Shown here: in pieces, positions 1-11,305 of the stretch
Layout: the number at the start of each line of letters is the position of its first letter
Numbering within the stretch: the first letter of the stretch is position 1
From: Spongospora subterranea f. sp. subterranea
Lineage: Eukaryota
Direction of reading: 5' to 3'
NCBI GenBank assembly: GCA_049724395.1
Contig: JAUGWO010000042.1
Location: 248,001-312,000 of the forward strand
DNA: 64,000 bases
Made by a program: the position numbers and the translations under genes
The notes under the pieces: generated by a model
Told to the model about the DNA's origin: nothing
Seen by the model: the letters and a program-made list of their open reading frames with translations, nothing else
The model's database searches: none

Positions 1-3000
1 TTGGTCACACTGCATGTCGTTGACTGGTATAGAGTCTTTTTGTTCAGACTTGTTTGAAGCAACGTTAGGTCGTTGAATAGGTGTACCTTCATCCGAACCG
101 TCGATGGCAGTGGTTGCCGAGTTGCTGGTCCATCCATTTCTTGCAGTTGCAGCAACATCCTCAACAGCGAGATGTTCTCTGCCTGAAACGTCGCTGTCGA
201 GTTGCTGTTTGGCGACGTATGCGCTCAATTCGCTGGAAACGACAGGGATTTCTGACTTTTCAACGACCGCAAGGTTTGTCTTGCTTGCAATTCCTTCGAA
301 AACTGCTACCACGTTACCGTGACCAATGCGCTCTTGTAGTGGGTTGGGCACACTCTGATTATCATCGACAGTTAACAGACTTTGTACTTTGACAGGTAAA
401 CTGTCTGTATCTGAAATCTGGCCAAGAAGAGTGATGTGCGCGTCCGTCACGGTTTCACTATGAGCATCAAGTCGTCGGATACCAGTTTTTGATATGAGAT
501 CATCAACAAAGGGAACAGAAACTTCATAGTCTAAAAAAGTATCAGCAGGTTGCCGAGCAATGATGTATGCTTCTGTTTCAGAGAAATCGGAAGGAATTTC
601 AAATGCGACAGGGGCGATGGTGTTATCTGTAAAGGCTTTTGCCTGCGGGTTAGAATCTTCCTGCGAATTGTGGATTGAAGAAGGAGTTCGATCATTCTGT
701 GTGTTTGAACCAGCTTCAGGACAGTCAGTAGGTATTTTAGTGACAGCTCCACTCAAACTGACAACGGCACCTGCGATATGAACATGATCGGTGCGTGATA
801 CAGCATCGTAAAGAACGAGATGCTCTTTGTTTGCAACGTCTCGGTCGGATTGCTGTTCGACGACGTATGCGATTAGTTCATCCAGTGATTGAAATGAGAC
901 AGGATCAATTTTTACCAGATCATCTGTTCCGACCACGTTTATGCGATTATCAGAAGAGAAACCCCTTTCAGGCAATTCATCCGAATTGTCAACGGCAGTT
1001 GCGGTACTTTCGTAAGTGATGGTTGCCGAGTTGATGGCAAATCCAGTTTGTGCAGTTCCTGCAACATCTTCAGAGGGATGCTTTTCGTCTGAGCTGTCTC
1101 GGGTGGGTTGCCGATTGATGACGTATGCACTTGAATCTTCCAGACCAACAGGAAATTCCAATACGCGAGAGTCGACTTTTATCATGGGTTCATCTGTTTT
1201 GGCTGCATTTTTTATACTCTTATCATACGCAGCAGTTTTAACGGGAACTGCCGGATGTTTGCCTGCGATGTGACTGGAGGGTTGTTGTTGCATCTCGTAT
1301 ATGCTAACTCCATCAAGACCGGTAGAGGATTTCAATGCGTCAGGGTTCATCATGGGTTGACCTGTCGTGGCCATGCTGTGAGGCTTATTAGGAGTAACGA
1401 TTTCATAAGATACTCCCTCTGCGTCGTCAACAGCAATAACAACTTGATCTGTAACATCGTCAGCGGGAAATTCTTTGTCTGCCATGTCGTCGTCGGGTTT
1501 CCGATTGATAATTAATGCACTTGATTCATCGCCACCGACAGAAGATTTCAGCACGCCAGGTTCAAGCTTTATCATGGGTTGATCTGTGGTGGCCACGTTG
1601 ATAGACTTATCAGAAGCTACAGTTTCGTCAGATACTCTATCTAAATAGCCAATATCGATAGCGATATCGTCGAAAGGGATGGCTGGCGAGCTTGTAGTTG
1701 ATCCACATTGTGCTGGTGCTGTAACATCAGGGTTTTTCGTGGCCACGTTGATAGGGCCAGTAGGAGCAATGATCTCATCAAATACTTCCTCTGATTCCTC
1801 CACGACATTTGCGACATCATCGAAGGGTTTGGTTGCAGAGTTTGCTATTACATCACAGCGTGTAGTTACTGCAGCATCGTCAGCGGGAAGTTTCCTGTCT
1901 GCCATGTCGCCGTCGAATTGCAGATTGATTACTAATGCACTTGATTCATCGAGACCCACAGAAGATTTCAAGGCGTCAGGTTCAAGTTTCACCATAGGTT
2001 GATCTGTCGTGGCCACGTTGATAGACGTATCAGAGGCAACGGTTTCGTCAGAAACTCTATCTGAATCGTCAATGTTAATAGAGATAGGATCGCAAGGGAT
2101 GGATGGTGAGCATGTAGTAAATCCACTTTGTGCAGTTGCTCCAACATTGTCAGGGGGAAGTTCAACGTCTGACATGAGGCCGTCGGGTTGCCGATCAATG
2201 ACTAATGCACTTGAATTCTCCGGACAGAGAGGAGTTTTCCAAAAGCGTCAGGGTTGATTTCCAACGTCTGACATGAGGCCGTCGGGCTGCCGATCAATGA
2301 CTAATGCACTTGATTTCTGCCGATTTCCAAAGTTGCCGAGTTTGCAATTGCATCACAGCGTGTAGATACGGCAGCATCGTCAGCAGGAAGTTCCTTGTCT
2401 GCCATGTCGCCGTCGAATTGCAGATTGATTACTAATGCACTTGATTCATCGAGATCCACAGAAGATTTTGAGGCGTCAAATTCATGTTTTACCATGGGTT
2501 GATCTGTCGTGGCCACGTTGATAGACATATCAGAGGCAACGGTTTTGTCAGAAACTCTATCCGAATCGTTAATGTCAATAGAGATAGGATCGCAAGGGAA
2601 TAGAGATAAGACCGCAAGGGATGGATGGCGAGCATGTAGTAATTCCACTTTGTGCAGTTGCTCCAACATTGACGTCAGCGGGAAGTTCAACGTCTGACAT
2701 GAGGCCGTCGGGTTGCCGATCAATGACTAATGCACTTGATTTCTCCGGACAGACAGGAGTTTTCAAAGCGTCAGGGTTCATCTCCAAAGTTGCCGAGTTT
2801 GCAATTACATCACAGCGTGTAGTTACGGCAGCATTGTCAGCGGGAAGTTCAATGTCTGACATGAGGCCGTCGGGTTGCCGATCAATGATTAATGCACGTG
2901 ACTGCTCCAGACAGGCAGGAGTTTTCAATGCGTCAGGGTTAATTTCCAAAGTTGCCGAGTTTGCAAATACATCACAGCGTGTAGATACGGCAGCATCGTC

Positions 3001-6000
3001 AGCGGAAAGTTCCTTGTCTGCCATGTCGCCGCCGAATTGCAGATTGATTATTAATGCACTTGATTCATCGAGATCCACAGAAGATTTCAAGGCGTCAAAA
3101 TCATGTTTTACCATGGGTTGATCTGTCGTGGCCACGTTGATAGACATATCAGAGGCAACGGTTTTGTCAGAAACTCTATCTGAATCGTTAATGTCAATAG
3201 AGATAAGACCGCAAGGGATGGAGGGCGAGCATGTAGTAATTCCATTTTCTGCAGTTGCTCCAACATTGTCAGCGGGAAGTTCAACGTCTGACATGAGGCC
3301 GTCGGGTTGCCGATCAATGACTAATGCACTTGATTTCTCCGGACAGACAGGAGTTTTCAAAGCGTCAGGGTTCATCTCCAAAGTTGCCGAGTTTGCAATT
3401 ACATCACAGCATGTAGTTACGGCAGCATTGTCAGCGGGAAGTTCAATGTCTGACATGAGGCCGTCGGGTTGCCGATCAATGACTAATGCACGTGATTCCT
3501 CCAGACTGGCAGGAGTTTTCAATGCGTCAGGGTTAATTTCCAAAGTTGCCGAGTTTGCAATTACATCACAGCGTGTAGATACGGCAGCATCGTCAGCGGA
3601 AAGTTCCTTGTCTGCCATGTCGCCGCCGAATTGCAGATTGATTACTAGTTCACTTGATTCATCGAGATCCACAGAAGATTTTGAGGCGTCAAATTCAGGT
3701 TTTACCATGGGTTGATCTGTCGTGGCCACGTTGATAGACATATCAGAGGCAACGGCTTTGTCAGAAACTCTATCTGAATCGTCAATTTCAATAGAGATAT
3801 GATCGCCAGGGATGGATGGAGAAAATGTAATTACTCCACTTTGTGCAGTTGCCGCAACATTGTCAGCAGGATGTTCAATGTCTGACATGAGGCCGTCGGG
3901 TTGCCGATCAATTACTGATGCACTTGATTCCTGGAGACAGGCATGAGAATTCAATGCGTCAGGGTTGATTTCCAAAGTTGCCGAGTTTGCAATTACATCA
4001 CAGCGTGTAGATACGGCAGCATCGTCAGCGGAAAGTTCCTTGCCTGCCATGTCGCCGTCGAATTGTAGATTGATTACTGATGCACTTGATTCATCGAGAT
4101 CCACAGAAGATTTCAAGGCGTCAAATTCAAGTTTCACCATGGGTTGATCTGTCGTGGCCACGTTGATAGACATATCAGAGGCAACGGTTTTGTCAGAAAC
4201 TCTATCTGAATTGTCAATGTCAATAGAGATATGATCGCCAGGGATGGATGGAGAGAATGTAGTTAATCCGCTTTGTGCAGTTGCTCCAACATTGTCAGCG
4301 GGAAGTTCAATGTCTGACATGAGGCCGTCGGGTTGCCGATCAATGACTGATGCACTTGATTCCTGGAGACAGGCAGGAGTTTTCAAACCGTCAGGGTTGA
4401 TTCCCAAAGTTGCCGAGTTTGCAATTACATCACAGCGTGTAGATACGGCAGCATCGTCAGCGGAAAGTTCCTTGTCTGCCATGTCGCCGTCAAATTGCAG
4501 ATTGATTACTAATGCACTTGATTCATCGAGATCCACAGAAGATTTCAAGTCGTCAAATTCAAGTTTCCCCATGGGTTGATCTGTCGTGGCCACGTTGATA
4601 GACATATCAGAGGCAACGGTTTTGTCAGAACTACCTGAATCGTCAATGTCAATAGAGATATGATCGCCAGGGATGGATGGAGAGCATGCAGTTAATCCAC
4701 TTTGTGCAGTTGCTGCACCATTGTCAGCGGGAAGTTCAATGTCTGACCTGACGCCGTCGGGTTGCCGATCGATGACCAATGCACTTGATTCCTCCAGATA
4801 GACAAGAGTTTTCAATGCGTCAGGGTTGATTTCCAAAGAAATTTTATCTGTTTTCACCACATTTATACGTATGTCAGACTCAACAACTCTGTCAGGTGGG
4901 CCTGGGACAGCTCCATCCGAATTGCCAACGGCAGTTGTAATATACCTGAAAGTAGTGGAAACTGGCGGATTTTTTTTTGCAATTTTTTCAGCGGGTTGTT
5001 GTTGCATATCATAAGTAATTAGCTCATCATAACCAGTAAGAAACCTCAATGCGCCAGTGTCAATTTCATCCACGGGTTGATCTGTTGTAACAACTGCGAT
5101 GGGGTTATCACAAGCAAAGGTTCTGTCGCATAATCTTTTCGGATCGTCAACGGCAGTTGCGACATCATCGTCAAGGATGGTGGCCGACGTAATTTCCAAT
5201 CCAATTTGTGCGGTTGCTGCAAAGTGATCAGCGGAATGCTCATTATCAGCAACGTCTCCGAAGGGTTGCCGATCGATGACGAATGCACTTAGTCCTTCCA
5301 TAATGGCAGGGGACTGGAGTGCGCCTGTGTCGATGTTTACAATGATTTCGTTAGTGTTTTCGAAAGCAAGGGCTTCGCCAGATGTGCCTGGGACAGCTCC
5401 ATTCAAATCGACAAAGGAAGTTGTAAACTGATCATGAAATGTGGTTGCTGCGCCATAAAAATCCGGACGTTGGTCTGCAATGTTTCCGGAAGGTGGTTGT
5501 TCTATGGAGAATGAACTTGATTCAACCAGGCCGACCTCATTTGTTTCGCCCAAGTTGATAACCGTATCAGCAGCAATTGTTGCATCAGGCGGATTCAAAT
5601 CTTTCTGCATTTTTTTGAGTGATGAAGGGGGTTCTTGGTCTGCGTCGACTGCATCATTGAGAGCACCGCGTCCTGTAGATGCAAACTGAGTAGGAGAAGT
5701 GGCTTTGAAATCAGATTCACGTTTGGCGAATACTTCACTGTGGTCAACAATCTGCTGAGTCTGAGCAACAAGGGCTTTGTCGACTGCAACGTGTACACCA
5801 GCATTCTGCGATTGAATCGATGGGTCTGTGGTACCTTTGTCAGAAGGGCCATCTACATTTGTAGTTTGACCCGAAACAAGGGTTTCCGCATTGGCAAAAC
5901 CTGCAACTTTCGTCGCAAATTGACTATTTTGGTTCTCTCGAGGCGTAGCTTGAAAATCAATATGATGTTCTTCGACCTCGATGACGTCGTCGTGTCCGAT

Positions 6001-6674
6001 ACTTTGTTGGTTGGCGGTGTATGTACTGGGTGCACCAGACAATTCCACTTTGGTGATACCAGTTTTATGGACAGCGCTGAGTCTGGGTAAACTTGGAGGA
6101 ACGACAGGGGGCGTAAGAGGTCTCAACCCCTTGAATCCCATTTTAGAGTTGGTTTCATCTACTCCAACCAAAAGGAAATCGGCCTCGCTGGTATCTGCAA
6201 CAGTTACTTCACGAAATACTGAAATATCAACGGCTTCTACTGATGCGTCTCTCGAAACAATGTCTGAATCGCCACAACTAGCCCATGTTGTTTTCATCCA
6301 GCGTGGGCTCGGAGGTAATGAATGTACACCGGCGCTTCTTGTGGATTTCTCACTCCATGAGCTAAAGCGATCGTAGGAGGGGTCGATGGTAAACTGGTTG
6401 GTAAAACCTGGTAGAGCTTTCAGTTTTTCGTAACACGATTCTGGATCAAAGTCATCATGATTAGTTGTCTCGGTTCCGCTTGAAGACGGGATGCTCGAAT
6501 GAGTTTCGGAAAGTCTAAGTTATGCAAAGTATTAATCACAGAAAGTTTTTGACTATCTGAAGCGAATTACGCGTTGAGGTTCGTGATCACGTCATCCTCA
6601 TCTGCTTTCCCTGATGCCGTTGCGATGCTGACCAAAGCCAGAATCTCCAACAATAGTGCACGACCTTGCGTCAT
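1..6674 (-). CDS. Very large secreted, acidic (Asp/Ser/Ala/Thr-rich) tandem-repeat protein, >2,200 aa, 3' end beyond the left window edge; frame disrupted at ~2240-2600
   Basis: Exon 1 (6674-6571) encodes MTQGRALLLEILALVSIATASGKADEDD..., a signal-peptide-like start. A 56-nt GT-AG intron (6570-6515) joins it in frame to the 1240-aa ORF 2575..6297. The same frame is stop-free from 2247 down to position 1 (read codon by codon; missing from the ORF track) and carries degenerate copies of the same repeat. Confidence 0.8.
1480..4850. repeat. Coding higher-order tandem repeat built from a 162-nt (54-aa) unit and a 270-nt (90-aa) unit
   Basis: Anchor GGGTTGATCTGTCGTGGCC recurs at 2496, 3115, 3709, 4141 and 4573 (spacings 619, 594, 432, 432). 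432=162+270 and 594=162+162+270. The peptide ESSALVIDRQPDGLMSDIELPAD / ESSALVINLQFDGDMADKELSAD recurs. Confidence 0.92.
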
Positions 6675-8039
6675 GATTTCACAATAGAGGGATTCGATCT
6701 ATATACAAGTGATAGCGGAATATATCAGGAATTATATACGGTAACCAATGTTGTCATGCACAACAAGATGTTACACTCCACGGTCCTCGGTCACGTCAAC
6801 ACAACGGAATTCGTCGCTTACAGTGGTGTATCTATATGATTGCGGGACCCCCGAGTGTCGTTTTGGCATGGCGCAGTAATTTTCTGCCACCGGTAAGGTT
6901 GACTGTTGATTTGCGATTTCAACCATTTTATAGTCTTGATGGACTCACGAAGACCTGATCGGTTACGTCTCATTTTATCAACCTTTTTCATTCAACGAAA
7001 TTCATTTAGGGGATGCAGGAGGCCTTGCAAATCTCACACACAGCGGAAAATGGTTCAGCGCACTCACCGTGGAGTTCCAGTCCTTGACTAATAATTGCTG
7101 CAGAGAACTTCTGTTGCTGATTGCATCTGCATCACACGGCCCAGCTGATCGGGGTTTTGTAGAGAAGTAGGGTGCAGCTGACCCAAAATTACAAAAGAGT
7201 ATATTCACATCCGTTCGGCAAATTCTATCATTCAGCTGGATGGGATCCAAACGTTTAATCGAGTTGTCGGACATGTATGAATACTGCTTGAAAGGCTTAA
7301 CCTTTTGCAACCAATTTTCTGTTATGGTTTAATCTTATTCCTAGCATATCACTAACGCTATTTTTCACATTTGATTTGGACAATACGGGATTGACGAGTT
7401 TCTTTGCGACTCCCGTGCTGTCCTTGCAGCCACATTTTTAAACGGGCTTGAGCAAATAGCCACCCTGCCCATCTTGCTTGAGCCCTCGTATTTCACCACC
7501 TTTGGGTGTTTTTCTTGATTTTTTTGGCCTACGAACCTTCGTTTCCTCTGCAACTGAATTCAATCTGAAACCATTGCCAAAGATTTCTGACTTTTTGTTC
7601 ACGTTTTTGCCGTGACGTTTCTTCAAACTCCAATTCTCAAAAATGACCTTGCAATGCCAGACCTAAAAAATTTGCGCGGGCCCGGGTGGGTATTCGATCG
7701 GTTTTTCGGTACCGCATGAATTTCCATTTCCGACAATGAGTACGAATGGTGTTTTCAGGTTTGCAGAGCTGTGTCGTGGAGGATAAATTTTAATATCATG
7801 GAAACACATCTATTACCTGGTGGTGTTACATGTTTTACCAGTTTCAACGGTAATACAGATTTTGGTCAACTTTTTGACGGTCAAACAACATTATGACTCA
7901 TCCGAATTCATGGATTAACCTACGCAGCTTCGTTTTTTTCTGCAACTGGATCACGATTGTCACATGATTCATGTCACTCCATCAAATTTCTGACTTTTTG
8001 CATCGCTTTGTCAAATATGTGAACATGCCGCAAGTCAGT

Positions 8040-9527
8040 TTATCTTATGTTTATACTCTGAAAAGATCGGCAAGTTTGACTACTCGCGTATTCTCGATTT
8101 GTTCCTGGTTTTTTGTTTCCTAGACTACGAAAGACTTTCCAGAATCGTAGAGTTTCGTCGGCCGACGCTGAGCAGACTGTAGTCGAATCTGGAGATAAGG
8201 TTAGATGAAGAACTCGTGCCGTATGCCCCGTAAGGTCGGCAATCCTCGTCATCGTTGGATAGTTCCAAATAGTCAATTGGTTTTTGGAAAAACCATGTGC
8301 GCTCAAAAGCTCTTTTTCGTGCGCGTTCCATACAAGACCGCATACCTGGCTTTGAGTATCAACGCCTCCAATGCAAGACCCAGTGGAGCTATTCCAAAAC
8401 CGGATGCATCTATCGGCAGTGCCTCCGCCCGTTGCTAAGAGCCTATCTTGAAATGGGCACCATGCGATTGCCTTGACTGCCGCACGATGCTTATCTAGAG
8501 TTAAGCGAGGCGCTGTCATGGCCTTTACATCCCAAATCATAGCCAGATTGTCGTTGGCTCCGGATGCTAATTGTGTGCCATCTGAACTCCACTGAAGTCC
8601 ACATACTTCTTGCATGTGCCCATTTAGCTGGCCGATTACACAGTTGGCTTGGCGTAGATCATAAATCTTGATTGATGAATCGCGTCCTCCGCTCGTGAAA
8701 ATATTTTTGGACCTTGGCTTCCAAGCAAGCACTGAAACTCTCCCATTATGGCCTTGAATTTCCTGAATGCGCTGTCGTGTTTCAACGTCCAGTAGTTCAA
8801 TGCCTGAAGAGCTGGTTCCTATAGCTAGTTTATGCCCATCATCAGACCAGCGAAGCGACGTAGCCGACTCGTTCGCGGACGAAGTTCTGAAAAACAAACT
8901 TGTTTTCGCAGTTATGGCATTCCATAGGTAAACGGTGTTAGACAGTGCTACAGCGACGATGTTTTGCGAACCCCAATGCAACGGGTTGAGATAATAATCA
9001 TCAACAAGATCCGGCGAATCAAGTATGCGATCTGCCGTTGAACAAATGTGTCGCAGCTTAGCGAAGCGATGGTTTAGGGAGACGCGTCCCGTATTTCGAT
9101 AACGTAACAGATTATCGAGAAGAGCATTGGTACGACAAGGCCTATTTTCTGAAAGTACTGGGCTGCTGAATTGTAGGATGTTCGGCGCAGTCTGTAGTGG
9201 GTTCTCATCAAAAAGTGCTCTCATTAATGATCGGTCGTATTTTGTTTTCACTGGAAGCGCATTAGCCAGAGATTCCACGATAGGGTCGGCGTCATTGACC
9301 TCCGGAAGCTGGGGCGGATTACTATCAGCTAATCCTGCTCTCTCTCTTTTCCGAACAATGTCAGAAGACTCACCAAACAATTTACGAGCGCATTGTTCAT
9401 GTAAGGGCCCGAACGCGGTTTGCCGGTTGGGGATAAACCGGCAGGATCCAGATGACGTTTTCGCAGATTTATCTGTAAGAAATGGTGACGCGATCCGAGA
9501 CCGGGAAACGTCTCCCTTTTTCGTCAT
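8040..9527 (-). CDS. CDC20: Cdc20/Fizzy family APC/C activator (WD40)
   Basis: C-box-like RFIPNR; RILDSPDLVDDYYLNPLHW; WD40 blades (GHMQEVCGLQWS, HRAAVKAIAWCP, GGGTADRCIRFWN, GHTARVL); C-terminal IR tail. The start codon could lie further upstream. Confidence 0.93.
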   Translation of the reverse strand: MTKKGDVSRSRIASPFLTDKSAKTSSGSCRFIPNRQTAFGPLHEQCARKLFGESSDIVRKRERAGLADSNPPQLPEVNDADPIVESLANALPVKTKYDRSLMRALFDENPLQTAPNILQFSSPVLSENRPCRTNALLDNLLRYRNTGRVSLNHRFAKLRHICSTADRILDSPDLVDDYYLNPLHWGSQNIVAVALSNTVYLWNAITAKTSLFFRTSSANESATSLRWSDDGHKLAIGTSSSGIELLDVETRQRIQEIQGHNGRVSVLAWKPRSKNIFTSGGRDSSIKIYDLRQANCVIGQLNGHMQEVCGLQWSSDGTQLASGANDNLAMIWDVKAMTAPRLTLDKHRAAVKAIAWCPFQDRLLATGGGTADRCIRFWNSSTGSCIGGVDTQSQVCGLVWNAHEKELLSAHGFSKNQLTIWNYPTMTRIADLTGHTARVLHLTLSPDSTTVCSASADETLRFWKVFRSLGNKKPGTNREYASSQTCRSFQSINIR

Positions 9528-10338
9528 GGGAGTAGAAGTGCAAGCATTTCTCGTCCTCTCAGAGGTTGGCTAGGAGAAAATGTCTGATTGGGAGTGACGG
9601 CTTTGAGAATCGGCCTTCCGTCCATAGGATGGGATTAGCGTTGTTGAGGCCAAGTAACGGATGGATGATCGCTTGGTACTGCCACTCAAATAATGATCTC
9701 GTCTATCCATTGGGAAGCAATGCGGGTAGTGTGATTTTGACGGAATGAAATGACTGGCAGACCCACACATATTACTTTATCTGGATCAATCAGGATAGAA
9801 GATAATCGTTCAACCATAGGTTCCGTACTAAACAAGAATCCGAGTCGGGTTCCATCGTGCCTGATACTTGTACATCGCTAAGTGCTGCATGCGTCGGGCA
9901 TCGATTGTGTTCGACATCGTGATGCAGTTTCTGGGATAGTTAAAATTCATCGCGAAGTTCACATTCGAATTTGGCTAAGGTCAACACCAGCAGATGAAAT
10001 ATAGAGATGCCATAAAAGGGAGTTACCTGCCAGTATTTTAAAGGAAAACAAAACTTTGTTCGTTGTATCAAAAGAACAGCAAACTCAATAACCCCAAAGC
10101 AACGCCGTGGTAGATAATGGGCACAATAAAAAACCTACATAATTTCAAAACTCGGATCTTCTGCTTCGACCACCTGAGGATGACATCGCACTCAATCAGG
10201 AATTCCATCCCTTTTTACAAAACCCAGAGAGCGATGTTGTACCCCGGAAGTCGCCATCGCCGACGAAAGGTTTCTGATATCAGCGCGCCGGCAATCGTGT
10301 CCCTCTGCGCACATTGTAGACGGCAGGAATCGGAATTT

Positions 10339-11011
10339 ATGGGTAATGATGTCGGCAAGCCGATTGAAGAGCAGCTTGTTACCTTGAAATTCGCTAGCAA
10401 ATCCTTTGAACGCGAGGCAAACCGTAACTACAAAGATGAAAAGAAGATCAAGGCAAAAGTCAAAAAGGTCATCTGTGAATGAAGTATCCCGAAGTTCTAA
10501 TGTTAAAAGCTCTGGCGATCAGGCTATAATGCAGGGCCGAACAGAATTTGCCGAAATTCATGCTAAACATTGTATTGGAAAACGGCAATTGGCGCTTTCA
10601 CATTTGAAAATGGCGGCAAAACTTGATGCCATGTCAAGTAAATTGCAATCTTACTCAATTCCAGTTAGAAGTTCGGGCAAATATATTATGAGTAAAGCAG
10701 AGCTATCAATGAAACTGTTTCCATAGGTCACAAAGCACGGCAACAACATTTCTAAAAGAATGGAGTCGGCGCTCGAATCGCAAGATTTGGATTCGCTGCG
10801 CCGAATAACGCACGAGTTGGAAGGCAAGATGGGAATCCCGGTTTCAGAATCTCCTCGAGCCGACGTAACTGATGTAGACGAGGAAGTCAAAGCATTGATC
10901 AGTGAATTGTCGGTGAATCCTCTGGACTTCCCCAGCGTGCCCGCGACGCCCCCAAGAATCCGACAAACCGCTGCATCTGCATCTGCCCCTTTATCAAATC
11001 TCGATCGATAA
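10339..11011 (+). CDS. ESCRT-III CHMP1/Did2(Vps46)-like Snf7-family protein, 3 exons, divergent
   Basis: Exons give MGNDVGKPIEEQLVTLKFASKSFEREANRNYKDEKKIKAKVKK / AIMQGRTEFAEIHAKHCIGKRQLALSHLKMAAKLDAMSSKLQS / ...MESALESQDL, which fits the CHMP1 N-terminal helices. GT-AG introns at ~10468-10522 and ~10664-10726. Confidence 0.72.
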
Positions 11012-11305
11012 ACGCGCAATAGTTGTTACCAAACCGTTTTCTTGACTGGGCCTCATTTTGAAACAGTCAGAAATGGGTTTCACCGGTTCCGTGCATAACG
11101 ATTGATGTTACGTCCCACGTCGCTTGCCTAAGTTATCAAGTTCACATGGTGTATGTTTTGGAAGAATCCATCGCACGTTGTTGAACCCCATTAGCCCCAT
11201 CCATGTACATTCACCCCCACGTCTCTATCCCCGTTAACCCCAACTCCTAACCATTCCATTATAAGTAAACCTGTCAACAAATATCTAAATCATTCTTCTT
11301 GTTCA

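Noticed and set aside
2496..4850. Regularly spaced repeats as a possible CRISPR array
   Set aside because: Units are 162-594 nt, in frame and protein-coding, with no unique spacers and no cas genes; the context is eukaryotic.
81..6376. Many plus-strand and alternate-frame ORFs of 60-195 aa over the repeat gene
   Set aside because: Antisense or frame shadows of the minus-strand repeat CDS; they recur with the repeat period.
7002..7310. 102-aa minus-strand ORF upstream of the repeat gene
   Set aside because: No recognisable motif and no convincing exon chain; it could be a gene fragment, but I cannot support a call.
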